A stretch of 64,000 nt of DNA, taken from the NCBI GenBank assembly GCA_010093745.1, contig MU006003.1, positions 62,001 through 126,000 on the forward strand. Reading direction: 5' to 3'. Positions 11,826 to 22,320 of the stretch are shown one piece after another (position 1 is the first letter of the stretch; each line of letters opens with the position of its first letter). Under the pieces are notes generated by a model. It was not told where the DNA came from, searched no databases, and saw only the letters and a list, made by a program, of their open reading frames with translations. Origin of the DNA: Piedraia hortae CBS 480.64. Lineage: Eukaryota. Position numbers and translations under genes: made by a program.

Positions 11826-11996
11826 TTCTTATAGCGTTATGTGTATCTTTATGACTAATCTTTTGTCTCGGCTTGTTTTGAACCCCATCTGCATGTTGTG
11901 TTTCCCCAAACCTTGGCATCGGGCGAACCCCGCTGACGTCACCCCATTGACCCGAGTCGTGGTGGGGGCCGCCAATGGGGCCGCACGCAATGGAGA

Positions 11997-13448
11997 ATGG
12001 GCGATCCCCTCGCACTGCCGCCGCCTGAAGTCCTCCGCGCAATCGAAGCAAAGCAGAAATCACGCGCTCGCGAAATCCGCGCCCACCGCCTTGCGACCCA
12101 ATCAGAAGTCGAACGAGCAGCGCGAGCAGCACAAGTGATTCAAAAGAACTTCCGCAGCCACCGCCAGCGACGACAACGCAAGGGCCACACCTTGGACGCA
12201 CACACGCGATGGACAGAAGCTTTCAAGGAAGCACGCTACCGCAACGCGACATCGCCGCGCTCACGCGACTCCGACCCCGCGGCCAACAGTCCTCGAGCGC
12301 GATGGCAGAAAGCCGCTGCCGTGGTGCAACATGCTGGAAGCGACGACACCAGTGATGACGGTACAGACGAGACCAAGAAGCTGAAAAAGGCTGAGCGTGA
12401 GGCATTAGCGAAAACCATGGGACTGGAGTATTTCCTAGAAATGGTCGATCAGAAACATCGCTATGGTAGTAGTCTAAGACGGTACCATCAAGAGTGGAAG
12501 AAGAGCGACACGCAAGAAAACTTCTTCTACTGGCTGGACTATGGCGGAGGGAAGGACCTAGACTTGCCCGACAGGCCGCGCCAGCGGTTGGACACGGAGC
12601 AAATCAGGTATCTTTCTCGCGAAGAGCGGCGAATCTATCAGGTGGCAATTGTCGACGGTCGATTCTGTTGGGTGAGAAACGGAGAGCCAATCACTACGAG
12701 TCCTGAGTATCGCGACAGCATCAACGGTATCGTCCGCATCGAAGACGATACACCCAGCTGGAGGGAAGTCATGACGGGCGAAGCTCCACCGCCAACAGAC
12801 AACTCGGATTCCTCCTCACTCTCCGGAATAAGCTCAGGTAGTCACATGGAAGCGGACAAGTATACCAACGAAGAGCTCCATCGCGCCAAGGGCGCAGCGA
12901 AATTAAACCACATATCAGTTGACTCGATCCTAAACCACCTCCTCCGCAAAACAACCAAAAAGAACACATGGATTTTTGTCGCGGATACTTCGTTTAGGCT
13001 CTACGTCGGAATTAAACAATCTGGCGCTTTTCAGCACTCGTCTTTCCTACAAGGAGCGCGCGTCGCAGCCGCGGGGCTGATCAAAATTAAACGCGGCCAG
13101 GTACGACAGCTATCACCTCTGTCAGGGCACTATGCGCCCCCACTGGACAACTTTCGCATGTTTGTGAAGAACCTAAGGGAAAGCGGAGCGGATATGTCCC
13201 GCTGCAGCCTGTCGAGGTCTTATGCCGTTTTACTTGGGTTGGAGGGGTACCTGAAGGTGAAGAAGAGGGTTAAGGCCGTGGAGAAGAAGTCTAAGGAGTT
13301 GGTAATGCCGGACGTGAAGAAGCAAAGGGAGGAGGAGGATATGGATCGGACTGAAAGCGCGAAAAGGGAGAGGGAAGTACTGCTTAGGCAGCAAGAGGAG
13401 GAGCAGAGTCGGGGTTTGAGGGAGAGAATAAAGGGGTTCGTGTCTTGA
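11997..13448 (+). CDS. IQ calmodulin-binding motif protein (IQM-like)
   Basis: IQ motif AAQVIQKNFRSHRQRR; YFLEMVDQKHRYG, FFYWLDYG, WIFVADTS, FQHSSFLQG..AAG, SPLSGHY. Confidence 0.85.
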   Translation: MGDPLALPPPEVLRAIEAKQKSRAREIRAHRLATQSEVERAARAAQVIQKNFRSHRQRRQRKGHTLDAHTRWTEAFKEARYRNATSPRSRDSDPAANSPRARWQKAAAVVQHAGSDDTSDDGTDETKKLKKAEREALAKTMGLEYFLEMVDQKHRYGSSLRRYHQEWKKSDTQENFFYWLDYGGGKDLDLPDRPRQRLDTEQIRYLSREERRIYQVAIVDGRFCWVRNGEPITTSPEYRDSINGIVRIEDDTPSWREVMTGEAPPPTDNSDSSSLSGISSGSHMEADKYTNEELHRAKGAAKLNHISVDSILNHLLRKTTKKNTWIFVADTSFRLYVGIKQSGAFQHSSFLQGARVAAAGLIKIKRGQVRQLSPLSGHYAPPLDNFRMFVKNLRESGADMSRCSLSRSYAVLLGLEGYLKVKKRVKAVEKKSKELVMPDVKKQREEEDMDRTESAKREREVLLRQQEEEQSRGLRERIKGFVS

Positions 13449-13613
13449 TCTGTAAACTTAACGTGACCTATGTCGTTATGAAGTTGGCATTCCTATAGAG
13501 TTCACAGTTTCCTCTACGCATGCACACGATTGACAAAATTAGCGTCCTTTAACGCTCTCGCACGACAACAATCAGCGTTTAACATGCAATAACTCCACCA
13601 ATATAGCAGTCCC

Positions 13614-14070
13614 ATGCTAAAAAAAAAAAAAATCTCAGTAGATGGAGCAGCAGCCGCAGATCCTGGTGCGTCCTTTCTTGCGTCATTTCGTCCGACCAAT
13701 GGTCAATTAAACAAGGCTTTGGTGAGAATCCTTGAACATGCTCAGAGCATGCCGATTTCATGCTGCAAGAAGATCAAAATTCTACATGCGGTGCCACTGC
13801 GGACAGACACTGTAATGTTCAGCAAAGAAAATGCGGCCATGACTTGAACATCGATTCAATTGCTCCGGATTCCCAGACCTCTCCCTGATCGAGGATGCCT
13901 GGGAACATTTGAAGCTTCCGATGAGGAAACAACTACATGGGATCGAATCTCTGAGCGAAGAAGTTGTGACCGGGGGGTCTTTGCAGGATTTAATCAATAA
14001 ATGTCGCTCTGCAATGCCAACACGTTTATTGACCATTATTGGTGCTAACAGGAGCATCACGAAGTATTAA
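13614..14070 (+). mobile_element. Degraded Tc1/mariner transposase, C-terminal DDE fragment
   Basis: Frameshifted translation DFMLQEDQNSTCG...IAPDS / PDLSLIEDAWEHLK...LINKCRSAMPTRLLTIIGANRSITKY* matches the Tc1 pattern QED..SPDLNPIE.W..SMP.R...I.A.G..TKY. Stop TAA at 14068-14070. 5' boundary approximate. Confidence 0.75.
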
Positions 14071-15053
14071 CATTCCGAACCATGACCAAGATGTCCTATC
14101 TCTGTAGAACTACATATACGCAGAATTTGAGCATCGTAGACCAAGTTTTGGTGGCATGAGACGTGGAAATGTGTTGTTTTGCCGCGTGATTTTGCAAAGC
14201 GCTAAAGGGGGACACTAATTTTGTCCACCGCGTGACATGGTTGGATGAGGGCTGCCGTTGGCCTAGATCCTTGCCAACGCCCTATATGAGGCGTCGTCAT
14301 TATGCAATCAATTTCGGGCAGACCCCCCAAGGCATTACGGTTGCTCAGGGGCGCCTGTTGGTCAGAGAAGCGGCTGAAGACGGCGCCAAGACTCGATAGG
14401 AAAACTTTGTTTATAGTTCAGGCCAAACACCCTCAGGGCCTTTTAGCGTTGATCTTAATTAAACTCGACGAACTACACCTTTCAACTGTCAATAAATATC
14501 CGAAAAAAAGGGTTTATTGTCCGTCAACGTCAGGACATTGTCAGAATGGGGCGAGAAAGGAATTTATCAGCTGTGATGATGGGTGCGGGTTTGTGTAACA
14601 TCAAAGTGGTCAGACGACAGCTGTAACGTTGCCGAGATTCCGGCCTCCGAGTGCCACGCGTACAACATGGCTTGGGATGCATCCTTCCGCATAAGTGGCG
14701 CCTGCTTTTGGGACAGGGGCGCGGGGAAGAATCTGATATCCATGGAGCTTCGGATGAGAGTTTCTCTGGATAGAAGTGCTGAATTTGCTTGAGGTATTCG
14801 TCTAGTTCATCTTAAATCCCAGCTTACTTGAGACTTGACGCAAGGAGGCCAGATAATGGCTTGAATGTGTCATCCTCCTGCTTGGACTACCTGCCGTTGC
14901 TCGGGTTATCGTGACGGAATCGATGACATCGAGGGTGATCCTCCCCCCTGCCTTTCTTCTCTGACCTGCCTCTTTCGGTTGTGATCCTAGTGCTTGTACG
15001 TCATGTGGATCGATCAGGTTTGGTAAGTGCCTCCATTTCCTCTCTCTTTTCCC

Positions 15054-18000
15054 ATGAGCTCCAACTCCAATCAATACACCTATTATCCTTTCCCTTCTTC
15101 TCCACAACCATCGTCTCCATCTAGCTCCCGTAAGGCGACTCCGAGGAAACTTCATCCCAACGATACTCCCATGGCTCCCTCGCCGTTGTCGACCAAGCAA
15201 GCTGGTGGAGCTCCCAAGACTCCAACGAAGCTTGGCAAGAGCAGCCAACCTTCTACTCCCAAATCTGGAAGTGCAAAGAAGCTCTCTGGCACTCCAAACA
15301 AAGCTGCAAATACTCCCAAAGAGCAGGCCAAAAGTGTGAGGGGTCAGGCAGACAGCGCAAAGGATAAAGCTCCAGGTGCCAAGGAACAAGCTCAAGCTCA
15401 AGCTCAAGGTGCCAAGGATCAGACACAGGATGCCAAAGATCAAGCCCAAGACAGGGCACAAGGTGCCAAGGACCAAGCAGAGGGAGCCAAAGACCAGGCC
15501 CAGGTCAAAGCCCAAGATGCCAAGAACCAAGCCAATAACAATGTCCAAGATGCTAAAGAGCAAGCGGGTGACAAGGCCCAGGAAGCCAGCGGTGGCACCA
15601 AAGAGACGGCGAACAAGGGCCGGAAGCAAGTCCAGGACTCTGCAAAAGACGTTAAAGGCAAGGCCGAAGATGCCCAGACCCATGCCGATGATGGACAGGT
15701 ATCCGAGATGGGTCAGCAGGTCAAAGACAGTCTGAGCAAGGAAACACCTCAGCCCATTAAGGACGAAGAGGATGCCGTCCAAGGCGCCGCCGAGGATGCA
15801 CAGGACCAAGATGGCAACAACGACGAAAATGAGTCGGCAGACGTTGCTGATGATGCCCAGACCGACACCGCTGAGCATGAAAAGGACCAGCAAGGCGGGG
15901 GGCTCTTGAACGGCGCCAAGGGTATGGCAAATAAGGCGTCTGGACTGGCAGACAAATCGTCCAAGGAGGCTCAGGAAAAGGCTGGCCAGGCCAAGGCTGG
16001 TGCCGAAAATGCTGCGCAGGATGCCGGAGACACTGCTCAAGAGGAAGTAGACGACGCTGGCGACAAGGCTGCTGGAGCTGGTGAGGAGGCCAAGGACTCG
16101 GCCGAAGATGCCAAAGATCAGGCCCAAGAGACTGCAGACGACGCCAAGAACCAGGCCAATGGGACGGCAGACGACGTCAAAGACCAAGCCGAAGGAACGG
16201 CAGAAGATGCCCAGGATCAAGCCGAAGAGACGGCAGAAGATGCCAAGGATCTAGTAAGCGACAAAATGCCAATGCCTGAGGGTATGCCTATCGATCTTGG
16301 TGTGCTCAAAGGTCTAGAAGTTTCACCTGACGGCATGGTTAACGACAAGGACGGTAACCCGATTGGCAAGCTGGCCGAAGGCGACGCCGAAGACCTCGAG
16401 GGGTACCCTATTGGCGACGATGGCGAGATTTTGGATGATGACGGTGATCTTGTCGGTCGCGTTGAGCTCCTGCCTGACCAGATCAAGAAGCAACTTGCCG
16501 AGGCCAAGGAGCGCGGTGAAGAGGTTCCCGAGGATGCTGACGAATATGTCGACCAGCTTCAAGAAGATGTTGACGAGGAAGACCTCCAACTCCCCGGCCT
16601 GGACATCCTCGTCGACTTGACTTGCCAAGGCGACGGCTTGATCTATGACAACGATGGCAACACCGTCGGCAAAGTTGTTGAAGGTGACCCTCAAGAGCTG
16701 CAGAACGCCACGCTGAATGACAAGGGCGAATTCCTCGACGAGGACGGTAATGTAGTTGGCCGTGCCGCCATCCACGACGATGCTGCCGAGCTTGTTAAGC
16801 AGGGAGTGTACGAGGCAGCTCAAGAAGAGGAGGAAGGCGAAGATGAGGAAGGGGAGGAAGGAGAACAGGAGAACAAGGAAGAGGAAGAGGATCAAGACGA
16901 TGCCGAGGGCATAGAGGACCAACTGCCTGGTATCGAGGCGCTTGAAGGCAAAGAGCTCAACGAGGCTGGCGAGATCGTTGATGATCAGGGCGATATTCTC
17001 GGCTACATCCAAGACGAGGAGCTGAAGGAGAAGATTGAAGACGGCGAGATCGATCCGGCCACCCTAAAGGTCGACGACCAAGGCCAGGTTGTCGACAAGG
17101 ACGGCAACGTCCTTGGCAAGACAGAGCTGGCCGATGGAGCTGCCGAGAAGCTTGCCGGCGGTTCAATGCTTGACCGCCGCATCCTCGACGGCAGACGAGT
17201 CAACAAGAAGGGTCAAGTGTTGGATGAAGACGGCGAAGTCATTGGCGAGCTTTCAGAGGGCGAGCTGAAGGACTGCACTGGCAAGAAGATCAACGATCAG
17301 GGTGAAGTCCTCAACAAGAGCGGCAAGGTCATTGGCCGCGTCAACGTCGTCCGTGGCGAGGCTGCCGAGAACGCCATGAAGCAGCTCAAGGCCGAGCTTG
17401 GCGAAGACGATGAGTCTGAGCAGCAGATGCCCGGCGTCGAGACTCTCGAGGGCTATAAGGTGAACAAGAAGGGCCAAGTCTTGAACGAGGACGGCGAGGT
17501 TATCGGTGAATTGGCTGGCGGCGAGTTGTCTGATTGCGCCGGCAAGAAGATAAACGACAAAGGCGAGATCTTGGACAAAGATGGCAACGTCCTCGGCCAC
17601 GCCCGCACGACAGTTCCAGAGGAGGGGGAAGAAGAAGAAGAAGAAGACTCCAACCTGCCGCCGCTCTATGTCCTTGAGGGACTCACCTGCAACAAGACGG
17701 GTAAGATCCTCGATGGTGATGGCAATGTAGTAGGCGAGGTTGTCGAGGGCGATGCCAAGAAGCTCGCCAGGCTTGGCGTCAAGTGTGACGATCAAGGCCA
17801 GTTCTGGGACAACAAGGGCCACGTCATTGGTCGCGCGCAGACGGTTGAAGCGGAGGATTCCGAAGAGGAGCCTGCGTTTTCCGGTCTGAAGGGCCTGCAC
17901 GTTGTCGATAATGGCTATGTTGAGGACGAAGGTGGAAACCGCGTGGGATATGTCACAGAGGGCTATGCGAAGAAGCTCATTGGCCGGAAAGTGGATGAAG

Positions 18001-19790
18001 ACGGTGATATATTGGACAAGAAAGGCTCAACCATTGGTCACGCCGAGCGTTTTGAAGAGGAAGAAGAGGCCGAGGCCGCCAGTTTGTCCTTTCTACAGGG
18101 CAAGACGGTCAACAAATCTGGCTTTGTCATTGGTGATGAAGGTATCCCGGTCGCTCGTCTGTCTGAAGGCAATGCCAAGGAGTTGGTCGGCAAGAAACTC
18201 GACGATCAAGGCCAGATCTGGAACGATCAGGGCAAAGTTGTTGGTCGTGTTGAGCTCATTCCCGTGGAAGAGCGAGATACCAAACCAGAGGGTCCCTTTG
18301 CCGGTCACCAAGAGCCGCATGTTGTCAAAGACGGCTGGATCGAGGACAAGGACGGTAACAGGATCGGGAAGCTGGCCGAGGGTGACGTCAAACGATTGGT
18401 TGGCTTGTCCGTCGACGACGATGGTGATATTGTCGACAAGTATGGCAACGTCAAGGGCCATGCAGAGCCATGGGAAGAACCCGATGAGGAAGTAGAAGAT
18501 TTGTCTGAGCTCAGGGGCTGTACCATCAACAAGAGCGGCAACGCCGTCAACGAAAACGGACGTGTTGTCGGCCGTGTATCTGAAGGCGATGCCAAGAAGA
18601 TGGTGGGCAAAAAGGTTGACGAACAGGGCCAGGTGTGGGATGATTCCGGCAAGGTGATTGGCAAGTGTGAGCTCGTCCACGGCGAGGATACCGGCCCTGA
18701 TGGGCCTTTTGCCGGCTTCGAAGGCCTCCAGATTAAGCGTGATGGCACCATCGTGACCTCAGGAGGCGACGTTGTTGGTAAGGTCGTTGAAGGTGATATT
18801 CAGAAGCTCATGGGCCACGTGCCTGACGCCGATGGAGACATTGTCGATGGCAACGGCAACGTCATTGGCAAGGCCGAACGATGGGACAAGGAACGCCGCG
18901 CCAACCCCATGTCTGGCCGCCGCATCAACAAGGAGGGCGAAGTGCGCGACGAAGATGGAGAACTTATCGGTAGGCTGACAGACGGCAAGTTGAGCCAGTG
19001 CGTCGGCCAAGAGATCGACGACGCCGGTAACGTTGTCGATGTTGACGGCAACAAGATTGGTGAAGCGACCCTATTGGAGAATATCGAAGACGACTACGAG
19101 GGTCCGTCCGAAGAGGAGCTTGCCGAAGCCGCCAAGCGCGAGGAAGAGCGCCAGATTGCTGAGAAGATGGGACAAGTGTGCCAAGACACTCTGGACAAGA
19201 TGCAGCCCATCTGCAAGCAAATCACCGAGTACATTGAGAAAGCAGACTCTACGCCCACCGAGGAGCTCGACGAAGACCAACTCGTCAGCGACGTCAAGCC
19301 TCTCATCGAGGAAGGCGGCAGGATTCTTCAGGAATGCAATGGCACCCTTCGTGGCTTGGATCCCGACGGCCATATCGCTGCTCAAGCCAAGGGACGTGCT
19401 GGCACAAAGGAAGCAACGCCTGAGGAGTTTAAACTGGCAGACACTCTAAAGGAAATCACAACGTCGGTCGTAACCACCATCGATAACGCCAAGAAGAGGC
19501 TCAACAACATGCCTCATGCCAAGAAAAAGCTAAATCCACTTTGGTCTTTGCTCACACAGCCTCTTTTCCAGATCCTTGCTGCCGTTGGCTTGCTACTTGC
19601 TGGTGTTCTTGGACTGGTGGGTCAGCTCCTGAACGGTCTGGGTCTGGGGAACCTGGTGAATGGCCTCTTTGGTGGTCTTGGCATTGATAAGTTGTTTGGC
19701 TTTGGCGGAGACAAGAAAAACAAGAATAAGAGGAATCCTATTTCTTCGCTCCCGGTGGTGGGTGGGCTGCTTGGCGGTGGTAGTAAATGA
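15054..19790 (+). CDS. Large acidic LEA-like/DUF3659 repeat protein
   Basis: N-terminal 11-mer repeats (AKDQAQETADD type), many GxxVNKxGxVxDxxGxxIGxLxEG repeats, hydrophobic C-terminal helix. Start at 15054 or 15171. Confidence 0.85.
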   Translation: MSSNSNQYTYYPFPSSPQPSSPSSSRKATPRKLHPNDTPMAPSPLSTKQAGGAPKTPTKLGKSSQPSTPKSGSAKKLSGTPNKAANTPKEQAKSVRGQADSAKDKAPGAKEQAQAQAQGAKDQTQDAKDQAQDRAQGAKDQAEGAKDQAQVKAQDAKNQANNNVQDAKEQAGDKAQEASGGTKETANKGRKQVQDSAKDVKGKAEDAQTHADDGQVSEMGQQVKDSLSKETPQPIKDEEDAVQGAAEDAQDQDGNNDENESADVADDAQTDTAEHEKDQQGGGLLNGAKGMANKASGLADKSSKEAQEKAGQAKAGAENAAQDAGDTAQEEVDDAGDKAAGAGEEAKDSAEDAKDQAQETADDAKNQANGTADDVKDQAEGTAEDAQDQAEETAEDAKDLVSDKMPMPEGMPIDLGVLKGLEVSPDGMVNDKDGNPIGKLAEGDAEDLEGYPIGDDGEILDDDGDLVGRVELLPDQIKKQLAEAKERGEEVPEDADEYVDQLQEDVDEEDLQLPGLDILVDLTCQGDGLIYDNDGNTVGKVVEGDPQELQNATLNDKGEFLDEDGNVVGRAAIHDDAAELVKQGVYEAAQEEEEGEDEEGEEGEQENKEEEEDQDDAEGIEDQLPGIEALEGKELNEAGEIVDDQGDILGYIQDEELKEKIEDGEIDPATLKVDDQGQVVDKDGNVLGKTELADGAAEKLAGGSMLDRRILDGRRVNKKGQVLDEDGEVIGELSEGELKDCTGKKINDQGEVLNKSGKVIGRVNVVRGEAAENAMKQLKAELGEDDESEQQMPGVETLEGYKVNKKGQVLNEDGEVIGELAGGELSDCAGKKINDKGEILDKDGNVLGHARTTVPEEGEEEEEEDSNLPPLYVLEGLTCNKTGKILDGDGNVVGEVVEGDAKKLARLGVKCDDQGQFWDNKGHVIGRAQTVEAEDSEEEPAFSGLKGLHVVDNGYVEDEGGNRVGYVTEGYAKKLIGRKVDEDGDILDKKGSTIGHAERFEEEEEAEAASLSFLQGKTVNKSGFVIGDEGIPVARLSEGNAKELVGKKLDDQGQIWNDQGKVVGRVELIPVEERDTKPEGPFAGHQEPHVVKDGWIEDKDGNRIGKLAEGDVKRLVGLSVDDDGDIVDKYGNVKGHAEPWEEPDEEVEDLSELRGCTINKSGNAVNENGRVVGRVSEGDAKKMVGKKVDEQGQVWDDSGKVIGKCELVHGEDTGPDGPFAGFEGLQIKRDGTIVTSGGDVVGKVVEGDIQKLMGHVPDADGDIVDGNGNVIGKAERWDKERRANPMSGRRINKEGEVRDEDGELIGRLTDGKLSQCVGQEIDDAGNVVDVDGNKIGEATLLENIEDDYEGPSEEELAEAAKREEERQIAEKMGQVCQDTLDKMQPICKQITEYIEKADSTPTEELDEDQLVSDVKPLIEEGGRILQECNGTLRGLDPDGHIAAQAKGRAGTKEATPEEFKLADTLKEITTSVVTTIDNAKKRLNNMPHAKKKLNPLWSLLTQPLFQILAAVGLLLAGVLGLVGQLLNGLGLGNLVNGLFGGLGIDKLFGFGGDKKNKNKRNPISSLPVVGGLLGGGSK

Positions 19791-20032
19791 GTTGAATGTA
19801 GCTGAAGTGGTGGATGTATTTGTATAATATCTGGCTACTAGTTAATCATGCACCATGTCATTGCATCCTGCCTTTTCCCTGTCTTTTCTTTTCTCTGTCT
19901 TATGGCCAGCGGGGAGGGATGACGTATACATTGGCACGTAAGGAAGGTGCGCAGTCGAAATGGAGGGTCTGTGCAGCATGTGACGGTATAGGTAAAAATC
20001 CGATTGCCTTCTTCACTTGCAGCAACTTCAAC

Positions 20033-21112
20033 ATGTCAGACATTAATAACCCGCTCATGTGTCTATCCCTCAAAGATGAGGAGAACCCGAGCTCTTCGGC
20101 TTCATCCGTCGATACAGTACGACCGTCCTCTTCTGACAGAGCAACTGCAAACGTTTGGTCCAACTTCTTTGCTCAAGAACTATTTCTGGAATTCGTGGAC
20201 CAAGGACAGAAAGCTGTGTACCATGTATACCTGACGCCCCCCGCAAACCCCGAATTAGATGTCTTGTTCATCACACATCACGGTGCCGGGACATCTGGCA
20301 TGTCCTTTGCCCTTTTCGCTCGGGAGATCTCCAAGATCCTACCTAATGCAGGGGTACTCTCTTTGGAAGCTCGGGGCCATGGGTCGATCGTAACAGACAC
20401 CTACGGAAACGACATTGTGGATTTCAGTCTCCCAGTCATGACTGCTGATGCACTACGGATGATAAAGTTGACGCAACAGAATTTTGGCTGGTCCAACCTT
20501 CCAAACTCGGTTCTAGTAGGGCACAGCCTTGGCGGTGCAATATGCACTCAACTCGCGGTGGACTGTGCGCTAGGTAATGCATTGGTTGGTTACAGCAACA
20601 TCGATATCGTCGAGGGATCTGCTATTGAAGCACTACAATACATGAACACGTACCTGAAGACGCGACCCTCTGCTTTCAACAGCGTTGACGAGGCCATCAA
20701 CTGGCACCTCAGCAGGCACACACTCCGGAACCGCGAATCGGCTGAAGTCAGTGTTCCTAGCTTGCTCGCCCAGGCGAACGATGGAAAGTGGGTGTGGCGT
20801 ACAAACATTGGCGCCACAGCACCGTGGTGGGAGAGTTGGTTCAAAGGCCTTAGCAAAAAGTTCCTTCAAGGCCGAGGAGCCAAACAGCTCATCCTGGCCG
20901 GGACAGATCGACTCGACAAGGAGCTTTTAATTGGCCAAATGCAGGGTAAGTTTCAGCTCGTCGTGTTGCCTGAAGCGGGTCATTTTGTACAAGAAGATGC
21001 ACCCGAGAAGACGGCCCAGCTGCTTGTCGAGTTTTTCAAGCGTAATGATAGTAGCAGCCTCGTTTTACCGCCAAAGATAAGCGACATGATTGCCCAGGGC
21101 ATAAAAGTGTAA
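20033..21112 (+). CDS. PPE1: Protein phosphatase methylesterase 1
   Basis: HHGAGTSGMSFA, EARGHG, GHSLGG nucleophile, DIVEGSA, LAGTDRLDKELLIGQMQGKFQL, GHFVQED. Confidence 0.92.
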   Translation: MSDINNPLMCLSLKDEENPSSSASSVDTVRPSSSDRATANVWSNFFAQELFLEFVDQGQKAVYHVYLTPPANPELDVLFITHHGAGTSGMSFALFAREISKILPNAGVLSLEARGHGSIVTDTYGNDIVDFSLPVMTADALRMIKLTQQNFGWSNLPNSVLVGHSLGGAICTQLAVDCALGNALVGYSNIDIVEGSAIEALQYMNTYLKTRPSAFNSVDEAINWHLSRHTLRNRESAEVSVPSLLAQANDGKWVWRTNIGATAPWWESWFKGLSKKFLQGRGAKQLILAGTDRLDKELLIGQMQGKFQLVVLPEAGHFVQEDAPEKTAQLLVEFFKRNDSSSLVLPPKISDMIAQGIKV

Positions 21113-21148
21113 CGACTAGAAATAGAGGTCTTTCAAGCATTAATGGTT

Positions 21149-21997
21149 CTATGACTCGGTTATCACAGCCACAGCCGTTGTTGATGGTGGTTGTTCTTCC
21201 TTGGCTCGACGTCGGTTTCTTTGTCTCTCTTTACGTTTTGTGTTGCCAACTGCACCATCGGGGGTTTTTGGCCCACCAGCTTGTTTCTTGGCCTTTTTCA
21301 TGCTAAGAGGGTTCGGTCCCTTCGGCCCCCGAACTTTTCTCTTTTTTGCCTTTGCTTCGGCAGCCACAACTTCCTTTGCGCCTTCGGACGTTCTCTCATC
21401 GGCATCGTCACGTTTCCGCTTCGTTCCCGCGGGCCGTACACTCTTTAAGCCAGATCGTAATTTGCTCGTTTCCTCCTCGTCTCTGACCGCTGCTGTTGTC
21501 GCCGCCATGGGCTCCAACAGCATTATACTTCGGTTGATATAAATCAGCGGTACGCCTGCAATCTGACGCAGACGAGCGCGGAGTTGTTGGTCTTGTGTGG
21601 CAACAATATAACGGTGCTTGTTCTTGCCCGTTTTTTTTGGGTCTATGAAGGACAGTAGACACTCTTGTGTGCTTAGCGGCTCTTCTAGCTCGTGGTGGCC
21701 GCAGCGTCTTCGTTCGGCCTGCTTGGCAGTGGCAATCCACGCATCTTTTTCGCTCTTTTCAGCCGGCGTTTCGGTCGTGTGGTTGTAAAGATGTCTGATG
21801 CAGCACTGTGTGATCATTGGCTTGATCTCTTTGGCCTGCAGCGTCGACGAGAGTGAGGCGCCCAGGTTCATCTTGAAGCGTGCTGCGCTTTGGATTATCT
21901 CCGCATCCAGAAGCACTTGATACGGTTCGCGGAAGCCAAAAGTCAGAGAGTATTGTTGCATGAGCTTGCGGTACTGTTTGCTACGCTTTGCGCGCAT
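21149..21997 (-). CDS. UTP23: rRNA-processing PIN-domain protein Utp23
   Basis: MRAKRSKQYRKLM..FGFREPYQVLLD, ITQCCIRHLY, RRCGH, YIVATQD, KGPNPLSMKK. Confidence 0.93.
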   Translation of the reverse strand: MRAKRSKQYRKLMQQYSLTFGFREPYQVLLDAEIIQSAARFKMNLGASLSSTLQAKEIKPMITQCCIRHLYNHTTETPAEKSEKDAWIATAKQAERRRCGHHELEEPLSTQECLLSFIDPKKTGKNKHRYIVATQDQQLRARLRQIAGVPLIYINRSIMLLEPMAATTAAVRDEEETSKLRSGLKSVRPAGTKRKRDDADERTSEGAKEVVAAEAKAKKRKVRGPKGPNPLSMKKAKKQAGGPKTPDGAVGNTKRKERQRNRRRAKEEQPPSTTAVAVITES

Positions 21998-22320
21998 CTT
22001 GGAAGGCTACACCAGCCGAGTAAAGTGGGATGTGGGAATATTGTGGAAGTGCTTGGCGGCACGACCCGATCGGAGCGGTCCGCCGCATATAAAAGCTCCG
22101 CACCACAAACCCACACCTCTGTCAGCTCATCATGTCGTTCAGTGAGCAGTTGTGAAATCGTTGTAGCTTCTAGTCCATAGTCGTTCAATGTCGTTCTCTA
22201 CTTCCTACCTTTAGCGTGCATTTCCAGGCCATATCCTGATCTAAGTTGCGAGCAACGAGTAATAAGCAGCTGGGAGTGCGGCCGTCAAGCGGAGACTTCC
22301 GCCCTATACAATGGCCCGAT

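Noticed and set aside
14802..16220. 472-aa hydrophobic antisense ORF
   Set aside because: Shadow of the repetitive, codon-biased LEA-like gene on the + strand; no motif of its own.
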